Assembly (NCBI GenBank): GCA_037445915.1
Contig: JBBIJQ010000007.1
Coordinates: forward strand, 72-64,071
Reading direction: 5' to 3'
DNA: 64,000 bases
Source of the DNA: Planctomycetales bacterium
GTDB taxonomy: Bacteria; 4484-113
In this document: piece after piece, positions 36,877 to 45,402 of the stretch
Layout: each line of letters begins with the position of its first letter
Numbering within the stretch: position 1 is the first letter of the stretch
The notes under the pieces: generated by a model
What the model was told of the DNA's origin: nothing
The model's input: the letters and a program-made list of their open reading frames with translations, nothing else
Databases searched by the model: none
Position numbers and translations under genes: made by a program

Positions 36877-38178
36877 ATGAGCATCCCTTCGCGCAACTTC
36901 GCTTTGTTGGCGCTGGTCGCGGCCGTCATCGCAGCGTTCGGCAATGCTGCCGTTGAAGCCCAAATCCTCTTTTACGCTTACGCAGGCCTTATTACAGTGC
37001 TGCTGGCTGTTGATTATAACCTTAGCCGCCGCGAGCCATCCCCCGAAGTTGCGCGCGAAACGCCAGATATTTGGGCGGTTGACCTACCCGGCTTCTACAC
37101 CATAACCATCCGCAACTCACTTGGCCGCAAGCTAAAAGGCGAGTTTGACGAAAACTCCTATTCCTACTTTCGCAAGAACCTGCCCCGCCGCACGTTTTCG
37201 CTTAGGCGCGGCGAAAGCATGCAGGCGAAAGTGCGCTTCTTCCCCTCGGCGCGCGGGCGCATCAGCGCAGGGCCCATCTTCCTGCGCTACCAAAGCAGGC
37301 TGGGACTGTGGCTGCTGGCGCGCAAATACGAGCTTGATGGCGAAGTTAAGGTTTACCCGCACATTTCCGACTACCTCGCGATTGACCCGTTCCTGCACCG
37401 CCAACGTGCCTACTTGCGCGGCCAGCATTCAATCAGGATGCTCGGCGAGGGCACCGATTTTGACAGCCTGCGCGACTACCTTCCCGGCGACGATTACGGC
37501 AAAGTGAACTGGAAGGCGACCGCGCGCACCAACCGCCCCATCGTGTCACAGTTTCGCGCCGAGCGCGACCGCGAGATAATAGTGGCGCTGGATGGCGGGA
37601 GGCTGATGTTCGCAGGCATCAACGGGAAGTCGCGATTTGACCGTTACCTGGATGCTGTGGGCCAGCTCAGCTTTGCGCTGCGGCTGGAAAAAGACCGGCT
37701 GGGCGTGCTGTTGTTTGACCGCGAAGTACGCTTCTTCCGCCCGCCGACGCGCCAGCCTGATGTCATCGCCGACCTGTTCCCCTTCCACCCGCAGCACGTT
37801 GAAAGCGACTTTATGAAAATGTACGCCTTTCTCGCCGCGCGCCATCCCAAGCGCGCAGTCCTTTTCGTGTTCACCGAGCTTACCGACGGAATCACCGGCG
37901 CGCGCGCAATTGCGGGGCTGGCGGCGCTGGCGAAGAAACACCAAGTCGTCGTAGTAATTCTGGACGACCCGAAGCTCTACGATGCCAGCGTAGCGCCGGT
38001 GGAGAACGAAGCCGGAATGCTGATGCACGCTGCGGCGGTTTCGCACCTGCGCGACAAGAAGGAGCTTTGCGAGCGCCTGCGTAGGATGAACGTAATAGTC
38101 GTGCGAACTTACTCCGACAAGCTAAACGCCGCGCTGGTCAATAAATACTTTGAGCTGAAGGCGCGCAACCTCGCCTGA
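36877..38178 (+). CDS. DUF58 domain protein (family usually partnered with MoxR AAA+ ATPases)
   Basis: Two N-terminal TM helices. DUF58 core with GDDYGKVNWKATARTNRPIVSQFRAERDREIIVALDGGRLM. Confidence 0.7.
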   Translation: MSIPSRNFALLALVAAVIAAFGNAAVEAQILFYAYAGLITVLLAVDYNLSRREPSPEVARETPDIWAVDLPGFYTITIRNSLGRKLKGEFDENSYSYFRKNLPRRTFSLRRGESMQAKVRFFPSARGRISAGPIFLRYQSRLGLWLLARKYELDGEVKVYPHISDYLAIDPFLHRQRAYLRGQHSIRMLGEGTDFDSLRDYLPGDDYGKVNWKATARTNRPIVSQFRAERDREIIVALDGGRLMFAGINGKSRFDRYLDAVGQLSFALRLEKDRLGVLLFDREVRFFRPPTRQPDVIADLFPFHPQHVESDFMKMYAFLAARHPKRAVLFVFTELTDGITGARAIAGLAALAKKHQVVVVILDDPKLYDASVAPVENEAGMLMHAAAVSHLRDKKELCERLRRMNVIVVRTYSDKLNAALVNKYFELKARNLA

Positions 38179-38180
38179 GG

Positions 38181-39008
38181 CTAGCCCGCGCGCTTAAGGT
38201 TACCAGTGCGCTTGGCATACTTCTCGCCCCACAGGAAGATGAAATACCCCAGCGGTATCAACACGACTCCGCTCGCGATGAGGATGATTATCTCGTGCAA
38301 CAGGCCGGAAAGCCCTGCGCCATTGATAATGGTATCCCTTGTTGCGTTGAGCGCGTAAGTTCCCGGCGAATACACAGCGATGGAGTAAAGCCACTTCGGC
38401 AGGTAGCTGATTGGGTAGTACACGCCTGAAACTAGGAGGAATATGCCCAGGATGATATTTGTCGCCTGCGGCCCTTTCTCCGGCGAAAGAAGAGGGAGGA
38501 TTGCTGCGACCAGCCCCAGCCCGACGAAGCTTACCGAGCTGAGGATAAGCAAGACGAAAGCTGCAAGCAGATTGGCGTTGCTCAAGTCAAGGTCAAAGAA
38601 CAAAGTGAGCAGGAGCATCACGGCAATGACCCTTATCGCGCCGTAGATGATGGCGAAAACGCAAACGCCCAGCAAGTGCGTCAAGCGGTGGATGGGCGCC
38701 ATAAACGTGTATTCAAGCGTGCCTTCCCATCGCTCCCAGGCGACCGTTTCCGAAACGACCATGAACAAGACGGAGAGGAAGCTCCAGAGCAGCGCGCCCA
38801 CAAGAAGGTATAGGGTCTGTTCCTGCACCTTTGCGGCCGAAACGCCTTGGGCCTGCATGGATACGCCAATCAGCCCGATGGTAATTGCGTTGATGGTAGT
38901 GTAAACCAGGAAGACAATTTCCCAGCCCAGATAACGCTTGCTCAAGTCAAAGTCCCTGAGGACAAAGGCCCGGACCGCCCCGATTTCGTGTCCAAATCTC
39001 TTAAACAT
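38181..39008 (-). CDS. ABC-2 type transporter permease (no adjacent ATPase gene)
   Basis: 275 aa, 6 TM, ABC-2 family topology. Followed by an intergenic region rather than an ATPase gene. Confidence 0.55.
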   Translation of the reverse strand: MFKRFGHEIGAVRAFVLRDFDLSKRYLGWEIVFLVYTTINAITIGLIGVSMQAQGVSAAKVQEQTLYLLVGALLWSFLSVLFMVVSETVAWERWEGTLEYTFMAPIHRLTHLLGVCVFAIIYGAIRVIAVMLLLTLFFDLDLSNANLLAAFVLLILSSVSFVGLGLVAAILPLLSPEKGPQATNIILGIFLLVSGVYYPISYLPKWLYSIAVYSPGTYALNATRDTIINGAGLSGLLHEIIILIASGVVLIPLGYFIFLWGEKYAKRTGNLKRAG

Positions 39009-39215
39009 CGTAGCCTCCGGAGCAGAACAGCCCGCTCCTCAAGAATAAGGAGAGAGTATACCCGCTGCGCCAGTTGGCAAAACGATTAGGGCGCAAAGCT
39101 GGATGGGTATAATTTTGCGAGGTGAAAGCCTTTTGGCGCAACGGCGCCTGTTTCCTTGACAGGCGTAACGCTGGTGGACGATAATACTATGGCTTATTTC
39201 AACCTGGAGGGAACG

Positions 39216-40964
39216 ATGTCGCTGGCTAGAGTTTCGCGCATAGCGATTATTTTGGTGCTGGTGCTGTCCTTCCTGATTGTTGCTGGCTGCGGCGGCGGTG
39301 GAGATACGACCACCCCAATAGACAACACCAATCAGGGCGGAACTAACCCGGCAAAGATATACGACCTGTTCCCAGGGGTCACAATGTATGGTGTTGACCG
39401 CACCTACAGGACCAGCAGTTTCACGGACGATCCCAAGGAATGGGATCCGGTGTTTGACCTGATATCGCAGGCCCGGTCCAGCCTTGATATCGCGGTGATG
39501 CAGATTAATCGGCAGGCGTTCGTGGACGCGCTTCTAGCGCAGTCGGCGACTGCCCATATCCGTATCGTGACCGAGAAGGCTTACTTTGACAACCCTGTTT
39601 ACAGGCCTTTTTACCAGCAACTGCTGAACCCCCTGCGCAACAACGGCAACATTGAGATTGTTACCGACAAGGACGGAGAGCCCCGCCTGATGCACTCCCG
39701 GTTTATGGTTATTGACCGGGCGAAAGTAGCCCTGGGCTCGTATACCTGGAGCGTCGAGGGCAGCGAGCGCACGACCGGCGATGTGCTGGTTATTAACGAC
39801 GCCCGCATTGCGGACGCTTTTACGAACCAGTTCAACCAGATGTTCTCCGAACGCAAGTTTGGCGTGGAGAAGCGTGACGCAACCCAGCACAGTTTCTCTG
39901 TCGCTGGCGGGACAGCCCAGATAGAAGTTTACTTCGGGCCAACCGACGGGCTGCGCGACATCCTCTCTGCCGAGCTTGACGCTTCCAATGTAGTCATAGG
40001 CGCCATCCAACAGTTCTCGGACTTGAGCTTCGCCAATTACGTTTTCAACTGGCTAAGCGGCAACGGCGGTTTTTCTGACCCTGCTAACCGCCTGATGTAC
40101 TTGACCGTGAACGACATTGGAAGGTATGGCGATGCTGATGAAAACGCCATTTATCAGGCGCTGGTTGACGGAATGACTGGCGGCGGTGGTGGCGGCGGCG
40201 GGGCAGGCCAGGATGGTTATCCTGCCGGGTTCTTAATCAACGACCTCCCCAGCGCAACCTGGGCGCAGGTTGGCCAGCAGATGAACCACAAGTATCTCTT
40301 TGCCGACCATGCTGCGACCAATAACCTGCCTGCCTTGAGCGTTGGCAGCATGAACTGGACTACCCAGGGATTTACGCTGAACGACGAAGTCTTGGTGGTC
40401 CTCCGCGGGCAAGTCTTAACCTCTAACTACCACAACTACTTCTGGATGCAAATCCCGAATTTTGGCAACGACACGATAGCGCGAGATTTCCGCGAAGACG
40501 CGCAGATCTCGTTAATGCATCCGTTCGTCACCAACATGGCAGACGCTGCCGTTCCCCGCGATCCGGCGTTATCCGACTTGAGCTGCGGCCTCATCTTTGG
40601 CAAGATTACCAACTTCCGGCGTGAAGTAACTTACCAAGATTCAGATGGCAACTTCCAGCGTATCCCTATTGATGTCCAGTTTGGCGTTACCGGCCAATAC
40701 TACTTTGGCGGCAACATAGACGAGTACGTATACCCTACCTTTGACGAGAGTCCGCTTTCAAACAGCGGGAACAACTATATGTTCGTCGTCCCCGCCGGCC
40801 GCCTAACGGTTGGATGCGTTGTAGTGGACGGCAATGGCGAGCCTATTGAAGGCTTTACTCCTGTCACTAAGACCTTTGATATAGGTCCGGGCGGAGTCCG
40901 TAACATCAACTTCACCATCCCGCAGTACTCTGGCGATGGTGGAGGCGGCGGCATTACCGGATAA
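39216..40964 (+). CDS. secreted lipoprotein with phospholipase D-like (HxR/K-x4-D...GSxN) motifs
   Basis: Signal peptide MSLARVSRIAIILVLVLSFLIVAGC + GGGGDTTTP. HSRFMVIDRAKVALGSYTWS and NHKYLFADH...GSMNWT resemble the two PLD HKD half-sites (first has R for K). Gly tracts. The ORF track starts at 39156. Confidence 0.5.
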   Translation: MSLARVSRIAIILVLVLSFLIVAGCGGGGDTTTPIDNTNQGGTNPAKIYDLFPGVTMYGVDRTYRTSSFTDDPKEWDPVFDLISQARSSLDIAVMQINRQAFVDALLAQSATAHIRIVTEKAYFDNPVYRPFYQQLLNPLRNNGNIEIVTDKDGEPRLMHSRFMVIDRAKVALGSYTWSVEGSERTTGDVLVINDARIADAFTNQFNQMFSERKFGVEKRDATQHSFSVAGGTAQIEVYFGPTDGLRDILSAELDASNVVIGAIQQFSDLSFANYVFNWLSGNGGFSDPANRLMYLTVNDIGRYGDADENAIYQALVDGMTGGGGGGGGAGQDGYPAGFLINDLPSATWAQVGQQMNHKYLFADHAATNNLPALSVGSMNWTTQGFTLNDEVLVVLRGQVLTSNYHNYFWMQIPNFGNDTIARDFREDAQISLMHPFVTNMADAAVPRDPALSDLSCGLIFGKITNFRREVTYQDSDGNFQRIPIDVQFGVTGQYYFGGNIDEYVYPTFDESPLSNSGNNYMFVVPAGRLTVGCVVVDGNGEPIEGFTPVTKTFDIGPGGVRNINFTIPQYSGDGGGGGITG

Positions 40965-40998
40965 TCCGGCAGCACACTGTAATAATGGTGGTGTGAAA

Positions 40999-42936
40999 AT
41001 GAAGAAACTCTTGATTATGCTGCTTGCCCTTGCGTTGTTAACCCTTGCAATGGGTCTCGCGTCTTGCGGAGGCGGCGGAGGCGATACAACGACTCCCCCC
41101 CCAACCAGTGACCAAGGCTTCTCGCCCATTCCGCCTTATCCTGGTGCTCCCGGAGGCGACCCGGACGAGCAGACCCCTTACCGTACCGGCAGCTTTACGT
41201 TGCCAGGCGGAACCTTCGGCGACCTGCGCGGAGTTGGCGCTAGTGCGCGCTACGTGTATGTGGCCGACATGACCACGGTCTACGCATTTGATATGCAAGG
41301 CAACTTCGTCAACGCGGTAGGCACACCCTCAACGGTGCAGGGCTTGGCAGTTATCCCTCCGGATCCCTTTCCTACAGATGACTCCAGCTACCCCTTTCCC
41401 GGCTATCCTGTTGTTTCCATGGACCCATGGGGAGGACCGGGAGGCTGCGCGAGCATATTCGCTCCAAACCTTGATGATGCAGTCACAGTTGAAGACCGCA
41501 CGAACCCTGACAACCCTAAGCAGTTCTGGTTTCCCAGTATAACAGACTATCAGCGCTGGAGCGTTTATCCCTGCACGCCTGACCCGCCGCAGCCGAACCC
41601 AGTCTTCCTGATAGTCCGCACTTACGATATTGGCGTGACGCGCGACGGCGCAATCACCATAATAGTTGACATTGACGTTCCCCCCACGCCTCCGTTCCCC
41701 GATTACCCGATGTCAGTGATAGTATTTGACCCGCATGAGACGTATTTGGTTGCCCCGTCTGGCGGCCCGACTATCCCGATTACAGACGAAAACAACCAGA
41801 CGACTCAGCGCCAGATATTCTTCCATCACCGTTCGCAAGGAGACCAGCTTGGCTCATTGGGCAAAATCGCGTATGGGCGCACGTGGCCGATTAACCGCGT
41901 TGACCAGCAGCGGGCTTATTTCCAGGCTTTCAACTTTGAAGTTGACTTTGTCGGCATAAGCTTCCTGGACGTCCAGCATGACATTCCACCTTGGACCTAC
42001 CGCTATGGCGGAGTTATAGACAACGGCTATGGCTTTACGCGGATCATCGGTATCCCCGGCGGAAGCATTCCCGGGAGCTTCTCCCTTTATCCTCCGCGCA
42101 GCCCCGATGGCGCACTTGAAGACAATGACCTCACTGCCGGCGGTCCTTCCGGCATGGCAGTTGACCCCCGCACTGACAACCTCTACGTCTGCGATCCCGG
42201 CAACCGCCGCATCCAAATATTCAACGAAGGCGGCGAGTTTATCCGCCAGCTAGGCGACGGCCGCCGCGGAATGTCTGGCAACAGCTTTATTGCCCCAAGC
42301 GACTTGACCATCTTGATAGACGGGACAATCCTGGTTTGCGACACGATAGGTTCAGGCTCTGATACGGGCCTGTTACGCGTAATCCCCACTGCGCCGTCCG
42401 CGCCGCACTTTGGAAGCGTAGGCGGCTTCGTCCGCAACCCAACGCTCAACCCGCCGGGCGCGCTCGCTGCCGCCATCGTTACAATCATGAACGAGAACGG
42501 CACTGTGGACACGGCGGAGACTAACATCAACGGCGAGTACCGCTTTGAGAATCTGCCGCTTGGCACTTACTACCTCATCGCGTCCAAGCCCAACTACACT
42601 ACCGACTTTACCGACGTGTCGCTCATCAACGATGAGACGGTGCTCGTCAACTTCAACCTCTATCCGCGCCTGGCCCCAACTGTGGGCAGCTATGTCGGTT
42701 CGGTTTACGATGCCGTAACCCATATGCCGGTTTCCGAGGTTAGGGTGCGCATCCTCCCGACTTCTATGTTCACGACTACGGATACCCAGGGCCGATTCGG
42801 CTTCGACGAGATTCTCGCTGGCGATTACCAGGCCGAGTTCTCGGCTACCGGCTATGCGACCCGTGTGAAAGACATCCATATCGTCGCTGGTGAAACGACT
42901 GTTGACCCGACGATATTCATAAACCCGACAACCTAG
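40999..42936 (+). CDS. secreted lipoprotein with NHL-type beta-propeller repeats and C-terminal carboxypeptidase-regulatory-like (CarbopepD_reg) domains
   Basis: MKKLLIMLLALALLTLAMGLASC + GGGGGDTTTPP. NLYVCDPGNRRIQIFNEGGEF (NHL repeat). Two beta-sandwich segments (GEYRFENLPLGTYYLIASKPNY; TQGRFGFDEILAGDYQAEFSATGY). The ORF track starts at 40936. Confidence 0.55.
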   Translation: MKKLLIMLLALALLTLAMGLASCGGGGGDTTTPPPTSDQGFSPIPPYPGAPGGDPDEQTPYRTGSFTLPGGTFGDLRGVGASARYVYVADMTTVYAFDMQGNFVNAVGTPSTVQGLAVIPPDPFPTDDSSYPFPGYPVVSMDPWGGPGGCASIFAPNLDDAVTVEDRTNPDNPKQFWFPSITDYQRWSVYPCTPDPPQPNPVFLIVRTYDIGVTRDGAITIIVDIDVPPTPPFPDYPMSVIVFDPHETYLVAPSGGPTIPITDENNQTTQRQIFFHHRSQGDQLGSLGKIAYGRTWPINRVDQQRAYFQAFNFEVDFVGISFLDVQHDIPPWTYRYGGVIDNGYGFTRIIGIPGGSIPGSFSLYPPRSPDGALEDNDLTAGGPSGMAVDPRTDNLYVCDPGNRRIQIFNEGGEFIRQLGDGRRGMSGNSFIAPSDLTILIDGTILVCDTIGSGSDTGLLRVIPTAPSAPHFGSVGGFVRNPTLNPPGALAAAIVTIMNENGTVDTAETNINGEYRFENLPLGTYYLIASKPNYTTDFTDVSLINDETVLVNFNLYPRLAPTVGSYVGSVYDAVTHMPVSEVRVRILPTSMFTTTDTQGRFGFDEILAGDYQAEFSATGYATRVKDIHIVAGETTVDPTIFINPTT

Positions 42937-42974
42937 GCGTTTCAGCCTAGACGGACTGAGACCTGTTACAATCA

Positions 42975-43008
42975 GCCCCGCAGCCTTCGGGCTGCGGGGC
43001 TTTTGTTT
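42975..43008 (+). terminator. rho-independent terminator (gccccgcagcc-TTCG-ggctgcggggc-TTTTGTTT)
   Basis: 11-bp stem, UUCG tetraloop and a T-tract. The GT2 start codon lies in or just after the T-tract. Confidence 0.8.
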
Positions 43009-43893
43009 ATGCGCTTATCGGTCATAATTCCGAACTATAACGGAGAGCGGCTGTTGCCCAGACTCCTGCCGCAGATGCTAGCCTGCCTTTCCTCCGCGCC
43101 GTATGAGAGCGAAGTAATAGTCGCTGACGACGCATCCACAGACAGCAGCGTCGCGCTGCTTCGCGGCCACTTCCCGCAGGTAAAGGTCGTCGCAGGCAAA
43201 CATAATGCCGGTTTCGGGGGCAACTGCAACCGTGGCGCGACTGAAGCGCAAGGCGAATACCTCGTGTTCGCTAACAGCGATATTATTCTTGAAGGCGACC
43301 CATTCACGCCGCTGCTGGATGCGCTAGACTCTGCGCCCGATGCGTTTGCGGCGATGCCGCTCGTGTATGCTGCGCCGCTCAAGCGAGTCGAAAACGTGCA
43401 GGAAATATGGATATCGCGCGGGCTGCCCTGGCTGCGGGCAATCCCCGGCACGCCAGTTGATGAAGTATCATCGCTGCAAGCCACGCTTAGCGGTAAGGCG
43501 CAGGAAGCGGCATTATGCGGCGCATTCTTCGCCTGCCGCCGCGAAATGTACAACAAACTTGGCGGCTTTTCACCCGCGTTTGGCAGGGCTTACTGGGAAG
43601 ACGTTGATTTGGGATGCCGCGCCAAAGCGCTTGGCTTTGCCACGCTTGTCGTCCCTTCCGCGCTCGTGCGCCATGAGCATTCGCAGACTATGGATGCCGT
43701 CCTCGGAGATGTCGGAAAGCGCAGGAGAATGCTGCGCAACCAGGCTGTATTCCTTCGCCGCAATCTCGCGTTGCTAAAGCCAATCCCCAACTACCGCCTT
43801 TATCTGCTGCTTCGCATCCCGCAGCGCATATTCTCCGGCGACTGGTGCACCATCGCGCCTTACCTTTCGCTTATCTTCGGCAAGCGCGTATAA
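43009..43893 (+). CDS. glycosyltransferase family 2
   Basis: LSVIIPNYNGERLL...VADDASTDSS (GT-A DxD region). Confidence 0.85.
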   Translation: MRLSVIIPNYNGERLLPRLLPQMLACLSSAPYESEVIVADDASTDSSVALLRGHFPQVKVVAGKHNAGFGGNCNRGATEAQGEYLVFANSDIILEGDPFTPLLDALDSAPDAFAAMPLVYAAPLKRVENVQEIWISRGLPWLRAIPGTPVDEVSSLQATLSGKAQEAALCGAFFACRREMYNKLGGFSPAFGRAYWEDVDLGCRAKALGFATLVVPSALVRHEHSQTMDAVLGDVGKRRRMLRNQAVFLRRNLALLKPIPNYRLYLLLRIPQRIFSGDWCTIAPYLSLIFGKRV

Positions 43894-43907
43894 GCGCAAC
43901 AGCCGCG

Positions 43908-44897
43908 TCAAGGCAAGTGCCGCATCAGAAACCTGTACCAGTTCTCCCCCAACACATTAGCCGCCGCCTGCGCGCTGTGCCCTCGCGCCTGCATCACCTC
44001 GCCTATTTTCGCTAAGTCAACGACTGAATCCAAACCTTCAGGCGTATGCACTGCCAGCGGCCCGCCGTCAAAGTCCGACCCGATGCCAACCCCCTCCGGT
44101 CCCAGATGCTCAAGCAGGTGCTCAATATGGGCGCATACGCCGCTTAGCCTTACTGGCGGCCCGTCCTCGCTCCACCTGTCTGCAAGCAAACCGTTATAGA
44201 GAAGCACGCCCATTACCGCCTTGCGCGAGCGCAGCACAGCCAACTGCTCATCGCTGTAATTTCGCGGGTGACGGCACAAAGAAAATGGGTTGCCGTGCGT
44301 CGCGCAAACCGGCCCGTTCCAAAGCCGCATTTCGTCGTTGAAGCTCTGCTGGTTGATATGCGAAACATCAAGTATCAGCCCAGCCTCGCGCATAGTGCGC
44401 AGGAACTCCACGCCGGGCTTCTGCACGCCGCCAAGCTGCTTAGCCCCTCCAGCCCATTGATTGCGTTCGTTCCAAGTTAGCGCGGCGATGCGCACGCCTT
44501 GCGCGTGGAGTTCATGCAAATTCTCAGGCGCGTCAAGCAAGTCCGCGCCTTCCAGCGCAAGCACGAACCCCCACACTTCATCCCCAGCTTCGTAGCGCGC
44601 GCGCAGAGTCACTAGCCCTGCAATATCGCAGATGTGAAAAACAACTCCTGGGAATTGCGCAGGGAGGCTTCGGTAATAATCAAGCTGCCAGCGGAGTTCC
44701 TGCTTGCGCGCTTCGCGGGGCGCATTGTGTTCGGCGAAAAGCGATACGAGCGAGAGCATAACCCTCCCCCGCAGCAGCCCTTGCAGCGTAACCATCCATC
44801 CTTCTCCGCCAGGCGCATCTAGCCTCCGGCCGTGCTTGCGCACGTGCCACGCGATGTCTTGGTGGGAGTCTATGATAAAGGGCCGCTGGGCGTTCAC
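43908..44897 (-). CDS. membrane dipeptidase (peptidase M19 family)
   Basis: IIDSHQDIAWH near the N-terminus and HGNPFSLCRHPRNYSDEQL (M19 signature region). Confidence 0.75.
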   Translation of the reverse strand: MNAQRPFIIDSHQDIAWHVRKHGRRLDAPGGEGWMVTLQGLLRGRVMLSLVSLFAEHNAPREARKQELRWQLDYYRSLPAQFPGVVFHICDIAGLVTLRARYEAGDEVWGFVLALEGADLLDAPENLHELHAQGVRIAALTWNERNQWAGGAKQLGGVQKPGVEFLRTMREAGLILDVSHINQQSFNDEMRLWNGPVCATHGNPFSLCRHPRNYSDEQLAVLRSRKAVMGVLLYNGLLADRWSEDGPPVRLSGVCAHIEHLLEHLGPEGVGIGSDFDGGPLAVHTPEGLDSVVDLAKIGEVMQARGHSAQAAANVLGENWYRFLMRHLP

Positions 44898-44956
44898 CGC
44901 TAGAAGTCTAGCACAATCAAACTCGAGGAATAAGGAAGCTCAGGTTTGGGCGGGAG

Positions 44957-45355
44957 CTACCGCTTTAGCCACTTTGCGTCAACCTGCTCGCCCATCTTCC
45001 AAAGCTCGTATTCCGCGCTCTTGGAAAGCGAAGTTCCAGGCACCATAGAGATGACCTTGCGGTAAATTTCTTTAGCCTTATCTTCTTTGCCCAGCACGGC
45101 GTAAACAAACGCGAGGTTGTATGTTATGTCGGGGCTTGGGCTAAGTTCACACGCACGTGAAAGCAGCTTCTCTGACTCTTCAAACTGGTGGCTGTTAAAC
45201 AGCGCTTCGGCATAAGCGGTTATCGCTTCAATGCTGTCAGGATTTGCTTCGTAGGCGGCTTTCGCCCTCTTCATTCCTTCTTCGCGCGAACGGGGTGCCA
45301 GCGCCTTGCTGGCTTTTGCGTCAGAGAACAGTTCAACGTTGTTGACCAAACCCAA
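44957..45355 (-). CDS. tetratricopeptide repeat protein
   Basis: 132 aa with 3 TPR-like helix pairs (AYAEALFNSHQFEESEKLLSRACEL...). Confidence 0.6.
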   Translation of the reverse strand: MGLVNNVELFSDAKASKALAPRSREEGMKRAKAAYEANPDSIEAITAYAEALFNSHQFEESEKLLSRACELSPSPDITYNLAFVYAVLGKEDKAKEIYRKVISMVPGTSLSKSAEYELWKMGEQVDAKWLKR

Positions 45356-45402
45356 ATACCTCCTGGACTGTTAATTTTACACGATATTAGGGCTTTTTTG
45401 CA

